DNA of 61,542 nucleotides, counting the filler. It is 5 parts of 5 records of this genome, joined end to end, with 100 filler letters (N's around TTAATTAATTAA, not from the genome) between each part and the next. Parts side by side here need not be neighbours in the genome. Positions count along the whole stretch, not along the records: positions 45,093 to 53,624 come from SRR31156797_17873; positions 53,725 to 61,542 come from SRR31156797_17894; 3 more parts are not named here. The stretch is one strand, 5' to 3'. The position numbers were made by a program, and so were the translations under genes. The notes under the pieces are model-generated. The model was not told the DNA's origin. It worked only from the letters and a program-made list of their open reading frames with translations, and made no database searches. This document shows positions 49,103-58,297 of the stretch, piece after piece (the first letter of the stretch is position 1; each line of letters begins with the position of its first letter).

Positions 49103-50278
49103 CTATCCGTCAAACAAGGCGTCCGCGTTCGGCGCGAACGCCGCGATTTTTTGCGGATCGATCTGAATGCCCAGACCCGGCAAACGCGGGATTTCCAGCA
49201 GACCGTCGGCATCGAGCGCGAAGGGTTTCGCCAGGATGCCGTCGACATAGGGGCTGCCGCCGATATATTCGACCAAGTCCGTGTCCAGCGCAGCGGCCAG
49301 TTGCAGATCGGCCGCCAGGCCCAGCGCCGTGTTCCAACCGTGGCCGATGTATTTGACCCCGAAGTCGTGCGCCATCCAGGCGATGCGGCGCTGTTCGCTG
49401 ATACCGCCGACCTTGGTGACGTCGGGCTGGACGATATCGAGCGCGCCTGACGCCAGCCACGGCTGGAAGGCCTGACGGCGGGTCAGGACCTCGCCGCCGG
49501 CAATCGCCACCGGGCTTGAGAGCCGCAACTGTCGGTGGCCTTCGAGATCGTCCGGGACGAGGGCTTCCTCGAACCATTCGACGCCGTAATCGTCCAGCAT
49601 GTCGGCGGTGCGCATGGCCCATTTCAGGCCGTTCGGCCAGTGGCCGTCGCTGGCGCCGGCGTCGACCATCAGGCGCGCGTCATCGCCGGCCGCGTCCCGC
49701 GCCGCCGCCACGATGGCTTCATCCAGGGCCGGATCGTTCCGGCGGCCGAACGGCCCCCAGCCGATCTTGAAAGCGGTAAACCCGGCGTCACGGTAGGGCG
49801 CGATGACATCGCCCATCCGATCGGGTTCCTCCATCAGCAAGGAGCAATAGGGCTGGACCTTTTCCCGGTAATTGCCGCCCAGAAGCTGGCCCACCGGCAG
49901 ACCGGTGACTTTTCCCAAAATGTCCCACAGCGCGATGTCGATGCCCGATATGGTGTGGGTCAGGGTGCCGCCGCGGCCCATCCAGAATGTGTGCTGGTGC
50001 ATCTTTTCGGTGATCCGTTCCGGCTCCAGCGCGTTCTCCTCCCGAAACAATGGTTCCAGCACCTTGAGACCGGCGGTGACCAGATCGCCGTTGGAAAAAA
50101 CGCTGCCATGGCCGGTGACACCGCCGTCGGTATGCACGGCGATGACCGTGTGGATGGAATCCTCCGGCTTGATTTCCTCCGACCAGCCGCCCTTCGGGCT
50201 TTCGCCGATGAGCGGCGCGGCGACAACGGATGTGATGCGCAAGGGTTCCAGGGCCGAATTCTTTTGAGTGGACTTCAT
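49103..50278 (-). CDS. mandelate racemase/muconate-lactonizing (enolase superfamily) enzyme
   Basis: ISGIDIALWDILGK...LLGG, MVDAG, WFEE, GGE, QPD..KVGG. Confidence 0.9.
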   Translation of the reverse strand: MKSTQKNSALEPLRITSVVAAPLIGESPKGGWSEEIKPEDSIHTVIAVHTDGGVTGHGSVFSNGDLVTAGLKVLEPLFREENALEPERITEKMHQHTFWMGRGGTLTHTISGIDIALWDILGKVTGLPVGQLLGGNYREKVQPYCSLLMEEPDRMGDVIAPYRDAGFTAFKIGWGPFGRRNDPALDEAIVAAARDAAGDDARLMVDAGASDGHWPNGLKWAMRTADMLDDYGVEWFEEALVPDDLEGHRQLRLSSPVAIAGGEVLTRRQAFQPWLASGALDIVQPDVTKVGGISEQRRIAWMAHDFGVKYIGHGWNTALGLAADLQLAAALDTDLVEYIGGSPYVDGILAKPFALDADGLLEIPRLPGLGIQIDPQKIAAFAPNADALFDG

Positions 50279-50465
50279 GATGGGCCGCCTCCTGCCGGAT
50301 CGGATTTTGTTTTTTACGGCGCGATCATAGCGCGGCCGAATGTCGGACACATTAAATTCATCGGCCCGGTTCACCACCCGGAAACGTCGAATTCCTTTCA
50401 TACCCCCTACCATCAGGCGGTATCATGGATGCCGCGACGTCATGCTTGATCGGGAGGGAAAGCCA

Positions 50466-50855
50466 ATGACCACCGCGCATTTGATCGCCCAGGTTCTGGG
50501 GCCGTTGTATCTGGTCGCCGCCATCGCGCTGTTCATCAATCCGGAGGCCATCGGCAAGACGGTCGAGGAGTTCGGGGCAAACCAAGCGCAGGCTTTCCTG
50601 TGGGGATTCATCACCCTGGCCCTGGGGCTGGTCATCCTGGCGCTCTACGACGCCTGGGTCGCCGACTGGACGGTGATTATCACCCTGTTCGGCTGGTTGG
50701 CCGTGCTCAAGGGCGTGATCCTGATGCTGGCGCCCGGGATGGCAATCGGCCTGTCGCGTTTCTTCGTCTCGCCGCCGGCGCGATTGAAGGTCTGGGCCGT
50801 CGGCCCGCTGGCCTTGGGCGTCTTCCTGTGCGTGAAGGGGTTTGGGCTGGCCTAG
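50466..50855 (+). CDS. 4-TM hypothetical membrane protein
   Basis: RBS GGAGG; hydrophobic segments; WTVIITLFGW..LKG..L. Confidence 0.75.
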   Translation: MTTAHLIAQVLGPLYLVAAIALFINPEAIGKTVEEFGANQAQAFLWGFITLALGLVILALYDAWVADWTVIITLFGWLAVLKGVILMLAPGMAIGLSRFFVSPPARLKVWAVGPLALGVFLCVKGFGLA

Positions 50856-50871
50856 GCCTAAACGACTTGCA

Positions 50872-51798
50872 ATGACGAGCGAAGCGCAAAAACAGGGTGA
50901 GTCGAAAGCCCGGATCGGGCTGGCGCTGGGTGGCGGCGCGGCCCGCGGCTGGGCCCATATCGGCGTCATCGAAGTATTGGGCGAAAACGGCATCGCGCCC
51001 GACATCGTCTGTGGCTGTTCAATGGGATCGCTGGTCGGCGCCGCTTATGTGACGGGCCGCATCGGCAATCTGTCGGACTGGGTGAAAAAACTGGCCTGGC
51101 CGGAAATCCTGAGCCTGATCGACATCGGCTTTTCCGGCGGCGGCCTGATCAGGGGCGAAAAGCTGCTGCGTTTCCTGCGTGAGACCCTGGCCGACATCGA
51201 GATCGAGAACTCGCCCATCCCCTATGCGGCCATCGCCACCGACCTTGAAACCGGGACCGAGGTGTGGCTGCAGGAAGGCTCGTTGTTCGACGCCGTGCAC
51301 GCCTCCATCGCCATTCCCGGCGTTTTCGATCCGGTACGCCTGAACGGCCGCTGGCTGGTCGACGGCGGGCTGGTCGACCCGGTGCCGGTGTCGCCGTGCC
51401 GGGCGCTCGGCGCCGACTATGTGATCGCGGTCAACATCAACGGCGAAATGCCGCGTCGGGCCAGGAACCAGAACAACGCCATGACCGGCGAGCTGCCGGC
51501 CCGCCTGCGCGGCCTGTTCGGCCGGGACAATGGCAATTCTGGCGCCGGCAACCGGCCGGCCCGGCCCGGCTATCTGTCGACCGCCTCGGCCGCCCTTTAC
51601 ATCATGCAGGACCGCATCGCCCGGGCCCGCCTGGCCGGCGATCCGCCGAACATCGTCCTGACGCCGCCCCTGGGCCATATCGGGTTGCACGAATTCGACC
51701 GCGCCGCCGAGGCCATCGAGGTCGGCCGGAAATGCGCACTCGACATGCTGCCGGCGCTCAAAGACGGCTTGGCGGCGATGGCCGGGGGGCGGGGTTGA
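50872..51798 (+). CDS. patatin-like phospholipase (RssA/NTE family)
   Basis: GGGAARG, GCSMG nucleophile, ASIAIPG, DGG. Confidence 0.92.
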   Translation: MTSEAQKQGESKARIGLALGGGAARGWAHIGVIEVLGENGIAPDIVCGCSMGSLVGAAYVTGRIGNLSDWVKKLAWPEILSLIDIGFSGGGLIRGEKLLRFLRETLADIEIENSPIPYAAIATDLETGTEVWLQEGSLFDAVHASIAIPGVFDPVRLNGRWLVDGGLVDPVPVSPCRALGADYVIAVNINGEMPRRARNQNNAMTGELPARLRGLFGRDNGNSGAGNRPARPGYLSTASAALYIMQDRIARARLAGDPPNIVLTPPLGHIGLHEFDRAAEAIEVGRKCALDMLPALKDGLAAMAGGRG

Positions 51799-51829
51799 TG
51801 CCATGTCCCCCGAATCCAATTGAATGCAC

Positions 51830-51935
51830 TGTCACCGTAATTCTGTCCCTGTTATTCCGTAATTTCGTAATTCCCAAAGATTCCTGGATCCCCGCTTCGC
51901 GTCACCTGCGGTTCCCTGCTTGTGCTGGAATGACG
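51830..51935. repeat. degenerate alphaproteobacterial palindromic repeat (RPE/REP-like)
   Basis: CGTAATTCCC...CTGGATCCCCGCTTCGCG...GGAATGACG resembles the 'WIPAFAGMT'-type repeat; lies between convergent genes. Confidence 0.55.
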
Positions 51936-51965
51936 AATTAGGAGAGGTGCGGTCGCCCTTCCTCC

Positions 51966-52970
51966 TTACCGTGCTTCGATCCGGTCAAGAAGATCGGAAA
52001 CGCCCATTTCCCGGGCCGCTGTCCGCCGGAAGCGATGGGTTGCCTCCGCGAACGCCTCCCGGTCGACGTCGCTGATGATTTGTCCGTTTCCCGCGCGAAT
52101 GCGGGCATATGCTTCAGCCTCTCGTTCCAACCACCGGGTCCGCTGCTCCATCACGGCGGCACGTGCCGCCCGGCGTATCATATCTCGGTCGCCGTCTTCC
52201 AAACGTTTCCAGATCTCTCTCGAAAAAACCAGAATCCCCAGCATTGGCAGATGTTCCGTACGGGAAAAATAGGGAGCACTCTTTTGGAACCCCCGCGCTT
52301 CATAGCCAAAGGGACCGTATTCGGCTCCCGCGATTTGTGCCCCCTGCAAGGCGCTTCCCCATTCTAGCGAGGACATCTCCACCGGTTCCGCCCCCATGGC
52401 GGCCAACATGCGCTGGGAGAGTTCTCCCAGACCGGCGGACATCCTGAGTCCCTTCAAATCCTTCGGCGACCGGACGGGACCGGAATTCGTAAAGACCGAA
52501 CTGACGCCCTCATCCATGAAACCAAGGCCGATTAAACCGCCCGATTCCAACGTTCCCAAGATTTCTTTGCCGAGATCGCCATCAAGCACGGCGAACATCT
52601 CTGCGCGATCACGGAAGAGATAAGGCAAATTGAAGATCTTAAGGTCGCAGGAAATGCCTTCGAAAAGGTATATGGAATCCCCGGTGATTGCGATCTTGCC
52701 ATGCTGTGTATTACGGATAATCTCCTTAGGCGATTCCAATTTCACGGACGTGTCGACCGTGATTGTCAAACGGCCGTCCGACCATGTTTCAAGACGTTCA
52801 GCCATGCGGTGCAGGACTCTAGCCTGCGGATGACGGGGTGGAAACACCGTGGCGGCCAAAAAATTCCAGGACGCCTTTTTGGCATCGGCGCGCCGGGTCG
52901 GCCGGTCCGACGTTTCACAAGCCCCGAGCAAGAGCGCCGCCATCCCGAGCAGGACTGCAATGGTTCGCAT
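51966..52970 (-). CDS. orphan TRAP DctP-family binding protein with lipoprotein signal
   Basis: RBS GGAGG; lipobox LLLGAC; FNLPYLF, PVRSPKDLKGL, TEH. Confidence 0.85.
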   Translation of the reverse strand: MRTIAVLLGMAALLLGACETSDRPTRRADAKKASWNFLAATVFPPRHPQARVLHRMAERLETWSDGRLTITVDTSVKLESPKEIIRNTQHGKIAITGDSIYLFEGISCDLKIFNLPYLFRDRAEMFAVLDGDLGKEILGTLESGGLIGLGFMDEGVSSVFTNSGPVRSPKDLKGLRMSAGLGELSQRMLAAMGAEPVEMSSLEWGSALQGAQIAGAEYGPFGYEARGFQKSAPYFSRTEHLPMLGILVFSREIWKRLEDGDRDMIRRAARAAVMEQRTRWLEREAEAYARIRAGNGQIISDVDREAFAEATHRFRRTAAREMGVSDLLDRIEAR

Positions 52971-53113
52971 GCCTTCCTCCGCCTCGTCTTATGGTTGCCG
53001 TTTTTTCTGCGGGTACAATTTAAACAAAATGGAGAGAATGAAGCAACTGCCGGCAGGACAGGCTTCGAGACCGGATAGAATTCCGTTGCGCCGTCAGTGA
53101 AAAAGGGATGGCG

Positions 53114-53623
<510 letters not shown>

Positions 53624-53624
53624 C

Positions 53625-53724
53625 NNNNNNNNNNNNNNNNNNNNNNNNNNNNNNNNNNNNNNNNNNNNTTAATTAATTAANNNNNNNNNNNNNNNNNNNN
53701 NNNNNNNNNNNNNNNNNNNNNNNN
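53625..53724. other. artificial contig-join spacer
   Basis: N44-TTAATTAATTAA-N44. Confidence 0.99.
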
Positions 53725-53944
53725 TAAACGGGTCTACAGCCAGGGGCCGGTCTTCAACCGCGCCAGGATACCAGATATCAATGGTCGTCCAGGCAGGATC
53801 GATCAAGCCTGTTTCGACACCGGCACCAACCTCAATGGTTCTGTTGGGTATAGGGATTCTTGGACTTACAGGCATTGCCCGGAAAAGATAATTTCACCTG
53901 GTTCCAAAACCCGGCAGCCGGATGTTTGTCCTGAATGATATGTG

Positions 53945-53970
53945 CGCGGATCTGTACCATCAGATCCGCG
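53945..53970. other. perfect 10-bp hairpin downstream of the ack fusion
   Basis: CGCGGATCTG-TACCAT-CAGATCCGCG; no poly-T tail. Confidence 0.5.
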
Positions 53971-54034
53971 ATCAGTCAGTTGCAAATACATAAATTGGCT
54001 TTTCAAAACAGAAACATCAAATTACATTGTTGTA

Positions 54035-54195
54035 TTATTTCAGGTAGATTTTTTTTATCTTCTCGCAGGTTCCGTCCTTTTTCATATGTTCCAAAGCGTT
54101 CTGCAGAAGGTTCACGATTTCATCGGAAATGTCTCTATTCAAGGCAATATAATAATCGTATCTGTCGTCGAGCTTTACCACCTTTTCCAGCAGAC
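54035..54195 (-). pseudogene. C-terminal remnant of a family-3 solute-binding protein
   Basis: YYIALNRDISDEIVNLLQNALEHMKKDGTCEKIKKIYLK* is a typical SBP_bac_3 C-terminus; the remaining ~200 aa are absent. Confidence 0.55.
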
Positions 54196-54262
54196 CGAGA
54201 CCTTTGCCCTGATTCTGTCCAGGACCTCCTGCCATCTTTTCTTTTCCACCCGGCGATCCTGA

Positions 54263-56575
54263 TTACTGCACGCTGACCAGGGTTCCTTCCATGCCGGTCT
54301 TGATGTTGGCCGCATTGGCTTCGTCCGTATCGATATGCATGGCCAGACGATAATCCGGATGGACCCGCACCAGGACATCACCGAAGATGAGCGTTCGTTC
54401 CCCTTCCACCCGGACCATTACCAGATCCCCATCCTTCAGCCCGAACGAAAGGGCATCTTCAGGGGGCATATGTATGTGACGGAAGGAGCAGATGACGCCC
54501 TTGGGAATCGAACACGCCCCCTGGGTTCCTTCGAGTTTCAATCCGGGACTGCCTTCTATGGATCCGGATGCCCGGATCGGGGCTTTCACCCCTAATTTGA
54601 ATTCTTCCGTCATGGAGATCTCGACCTGGGTTTCTTTTCTTCTGGGCCCCAGCACCCTGACCCGGTCAACCCGTCCCTTGGGCCCCACCAGATTGACGGT
54701 CTCCTGGCAGGCGAATTGGCCCGGCTGGGAAAGATCGGAGCGGTGGGTCAGCTGAACGTCATCCCCAAATAACATCGCGATTTCCTCTTCGGCCAGATGA
54801 ACGTGATGGGCTGAGACCTCGATGGGGAATTTTTTTTCTTTTTTCTTTTGAATCACCTGGGAAACATTTTCCCGTCCCAGGGCACGAATTGTCTCCCGGG
54901 CGATCATTCGGCCTTCGTCCGCCGGAACCACCAGCACTTTTATCCCGGCGTCCTTTTCTGAGATCTCAACCGGTCCATCCAATTCAGATGGTACAGCGTT
55001 ATTCTTTTTGTCATCGAGCTCGACCCCCATGGGAAACAGTCCCTGGCAGGCCAGCCCCCTCACCCAGGCGCTTTTTTCGGCAGTTCGGCCGGTGAAAACC
55101 AAGGCATCCAGTCCTCCCAGGGCCGAGGTATAGGCCCCGATATATTTTCTTATCCGGTAACAGAATGCCTGGATCGTGAGCTGCGCCCGTGAATCACCTT
55201 TATTGGCGGCCACTTCAATATCATTGAGGTCACTGGAAATCCCGGACAGTCCCTTCAATCCGCTCTGAAGGTTGAGCAGCTCATCCACTTCATCCAGGGA
55301 CAACCCTTTCTCCCGGCACAGATGGATAACGATGGAAGGATCCATATCCCCGCACCGGGTATCCATCATCAAGCCGGCCAAAGGGGTCATCCCCATGCTG
55401 GTGTCAACCGAACGGCCGTGATCAATCGCGCACAGGGAGGCGCCATGATCCAGATGACACGTCACCAGTTTCAATTCGCGATAATCTTCTTTCAGATACG
55501 CGGCGGCTTGGAGCATTGCGTAGTTATGCGAAATGCCATGAAATCCGAATCGCCGGATTTTATCATTCTCAAAATATTCATGGGGAAGCCCGTAAACGCA
55601 GGCATGGGGCGGCATTTTTTGATGAAAAGCGGTATCAAAGACAGCCACCTGGGGAACATTGGAAAAACACCGCTGACTCATTTTAATAACCATAAGGTTC
55701 GGCGGATTGTGCAGGGGGGCCAGCCTCGCATATTCATCAATATCACTTAAGACACGGTCATCAATAAGCACGGCATGACCGTACTTGTCCCCTCCATGCA
55801 CGACCCTGTGACCGATTGCGCTGAGGTCATCCATGTCCCGGATAACCCCATGCACGGGATCGACCAGCACACCGATCAGGCCTTTAAAGGCGTCTTCATA
55901 ACCGACCAGCCCCAGCTCCTTTTTAATCACACCTTTGGGAGTCACCGCGGTGATATAATACGTCTTGTCACCGGACCTTTCGATGACTCCGGTCGTATTC
56001 CCGGATTTATCCCCCGTATTGAAAAAACTGTACTCAATGGATGACAGGCCACAATTGAGTACCAGGATCTTCTGGGGAGTCGTTGTGGACAACGCCAGGC
56101 CATAGGGATCTGTTTGGCTTTTCCAGGCATCACTCACCCGGGCTTGTTCTTCCTCATTCTCCTGACGGCTTTTCAAACGGGCGGTTATGGTTTGCGCAAG
56201 CACTTTCACCGCCTGAACATTAACCGCCACAAAAGAGGAAAACACATCCTGGGGAATAAGAAAAAGATGACATTTACTAATGGCCAGGACATCGGCACTG
56301 GTGGGTTCGCCGGTAAGCAGGGACATTTCGCCCAGAATATCCCCCGGCTTCAGCAGACCGAGCCGAATACGCTTTTCCGCTTCTCCGGAAATGACAGCTT
56401 CGGCTTCGCCATCCAGCATCACACCTAAAAACTTCCCCGGCTGGCCGAACTGTATGATAACGTCTCCGGAAGCATATGACCGCAGATGAGACGCCTCGAT
56501 CAACCGGTTTAGTTCTTCCTGAGAGAATCCGCCGAACAACGGAATCCCGGCTAAAAATTCAGCTATCTGTTCCAT
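54263..56575 (-). CDS. cNMP-binding domain + acetate-kinase-like domain + PduL phosphotransacylase fusion (770 aa)
   Basis: RBS GGAGG, ATG 56575; GDILGEMSLLTGEPTSADV (cNMP); HRVVHGG, APLHN, DTAFH, GFHGISH (AckA); SAHHVHL, LSQPGQFA, RHIHM, MHIDTDEANAA (PduL). Confidence 0.92.
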   Translation of the reverse strand: MEQIAEFLAGIPLFGGFSQEELNRLIEASHLRSYASGDVIIQFGQPGKFLGVMLDGEAEAVISGEAEKRIRLGLLKPGDILGEMSLLTGEPTSADVLAISKCHLFLIPQDVFSSFVAVNVQAVKVLAQTITARLKSRQENEEEQARVSDAWKSQTDPYGLALSTTTPQKILVLNCGLSSIEYSFFNTGDKSGNTTGVIERSGDKTYYITAVTPKGVIKKELGLVGYEDAFKGLIGVLVDPVHGVIRDMDDLSAIGHRVVHGGDKYGHAVLIDDRVLSDIDEYARLAPLHNPPNLMVIKMSQRCFSNVPQVAVFDTAFHQKMPPHACVYGLPHEYFENDKIRRFGFHGISHNYAMLQAAAYLKEDYRELKLVTCHLDHGASLCAIDHGRSVDTSMGMTPLAGLMMDTRCGDMDPSIVIHLCREKGLSLDEVDELLNLQSGLKGLSGISSDLNDIEVAANKGDSRAQLTIQAFCYRIRKYIGAYTSALGGLDALVFTGRTAEKSAWVRGLACQGLFPMGVELDDKKNNAVPSELDGPVEISEKDAGIKVLVVPADEGRMIARETIRALGRENVSQVIQKKKEKKFPIEVSAHHVHLAEEEIAMLFGDDVQLTHRSDLSQPGQFACQETVNLVGPKGRVDRVRVLGPRRKETQVEISMTEEFKLGVKAPIRASGSIEGSPGLKLEGTQGACSIPKGVICSFRHIHMPPEDALSFGLKDGDLVMVRVEGERTLIFGDVLVRVHPDYRLAMHIDTDEANAANIKTGMEGTLVSVQ

Positions 56576-57263
56576 GGATACTACCTCCCAAAGAAGTAAT
56601 TCATATATTAAAAACAAACGACATGGGAGACACTTTGATATCATTCGGATGACCTGAACGATTCACTGATATGACGTGGGATATCGACATCATTTTTGAA
56701 TCATTCAGGATAAATATATCAAATTCATCATCGGCATTCAAGGATCTGTCGAAACGCTTAGTTCAATTCCCGTTCACTGGGGCAACGGGGAAGATTATCC
56801 ACGGGCATCCCATTCAGTCTGTCCTGTGGGCTTATTCTTGGCAAAAAAACGGATAAACAAAAGGTCAGTTATGCCCACGTCACAGAGTGGATTGAGCGGG
56901 GGATGCTCTTTCTTCGCAACATATTTTTCTATATCCCTGTCTTGATTACTAAAATAGAGCCAAAGAGGAAGCATCATGGAAACCGTTCCAGAAGCTGCAT
57001 GAAATACCACATCATGCTTTTGAAAGGCGTCTTTTCAGCTTTTCCGCCCTGGATGTTATCTTCATCATTGAAACCCCAGGTAATTTGCTTTATAAAAAGA
57101 GGATAGCCTTTTGCAACGGGATGAAGCAGCCCCGGGATTACCAGAACTAATTTCCAGCACGCCTGACGCCATTTTGAAACAACCATGTCACAATCACCTT
57201 TGGAACCCTGGTGGCTGAGGTTAACAGAAGAATATCAGAAAGGATCGAGGGCTGGATCATATC

Positions 57264-57791
57264 ATGGGTAAACCAGGAAAAGAACCTTCAAAAACCCAAT
57301 TGATTCTGGATGCCGTCCGGAACAAGGCTGTGGCAGAAAGCTCCCCGGATATGCAGGAAGAAACGGTGGAGCTTGTCATCTTCACCATGGCCCATCGCTA
57401 TTTTGCCTTTCAGGGAAGAGAGGTGAGAGAAATTCTGCCGTTTTCACCCATCACCGAGGTGCCGGGGTGTCCCCGGACCATCCGGGGGATTATCAATGTG
57501 CGCGGGGAGATTGAATCGGTGATAAACCTCCATACCCTTCTTGAACTGGATGAAATGCCGGTCTCCCCCACAACACGGTTTATTCTTGGACGATCCGGGG
57601 AGCTGACGTCCGGTATCCAGGTGGAGCATGTGGCGGATGTGATCTCCATTGAAAGGACGAGGATAAAGCCTGCCATCTCCACATTGTCCCCCGCCATAAG
57701 GAACTATGCCCATGGAGGTGAGGAATTGTATAAAGGGCACTATGTCATTATGCTCAGTATGGAACATGTGTTTAAAAACCTGTTGAACTGA
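57264..57791 (+). CDS. cheW: chemotaxis coupling protein CheW
   Basis: VREIL...ITEVPG...GIINVRGEIESVINL. Confidence 0.9.
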   Translation: MGKPGKEPSKTQLILDAVRNKAVAESSPDMQEETVELVIFTMAHRYFAFQGREVREILPFSPITEVPGCPRTIRGIINVRGEIESVINLHTLLELDEMPVSPTTRFILGRSGELTSGIQVEHVADVISIERTRIKPAISTLSPAIRNYAHGGEELYKGHYVIMLSMEHVFKNLLN

Positions 57792-57827
57792 TCCAGCCAT
57801 GTACGAAATAAAAGGGGAAACTTTTCC

Positions 57828-58211
57828 ATGAAAAGTGACTTGACCCTTCTTTTATTCAATATCATGGACATTGACTTTGGGATGGATGTGACGCCGGTCA
57901 AAGCCATGGACCATGTGGAAGGCCTTCCGGACGGAGAATCCGGGGTTGTCTGGTTCCATGAAAAAATTGATTTCCCCCGCACCCCTGTGCTATATAATTT
58001 GCCAAGGGCGCTGCGCATTGAAACAGAAAAAAAACGGTTTCACCTGGTTATTGATAATCCCCGGGATATGCCCCTTGTTATTCCCATTGAGAAGATAAAA
58101 CCTTTTCCTGTACTGGTTGAACAGTTCCTCCCAGCCTCACCGCTTTGGGCCGTATGTCCTCACGAAGAGCGTATTTTGCTATTGGTGGATCCCCTTGAAA
58201 TGTACCGGTGA
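57828..58211 (+). CDS. short divergent CheW-like protein
   Basis: LLLFNIMDIDFGMDV..V...IKPFP...ILLLVDP; lacks the NxRG core. Confidence 0.65.
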   Translation: MKSDLTLLLFNIMDIDFGMDVTPVKAMDHVEGLPDGESGVVWFHEKIDFPRTPVLYNLPRALRIETEKKRFHLVIDNPRDMPLVIPIEKIKPFPVLVEQFLPASPLWAVCPHEERILLLVDPLEMYR

Positions 58212-58297
58212 ATCTCCCCGATGCCCCCCGGAAGAATGGAATTCCCGGGGTGCAGACTTAAAACTCGGGTGTCTAACCTTAAATTTGAGGATTGACC

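Noticed and set aside
53725-53875. Partial ORF MPVSPRIP... at the left edge of contig E
   Set aside because: Too short, no RBS or motif
56600-57250. Short ORFs between the ack fusion and cheW
   Set aside because: No recognisable domain or consistent frame; possibly decayed sequence but not supportable
58212-58290. Hairpin upstream of the MCP as a c-di-GMP riboswitch
   Set aside because: Lacks the GGCAAA/GAAA-tetraloop/GCAAAG features of GEMM
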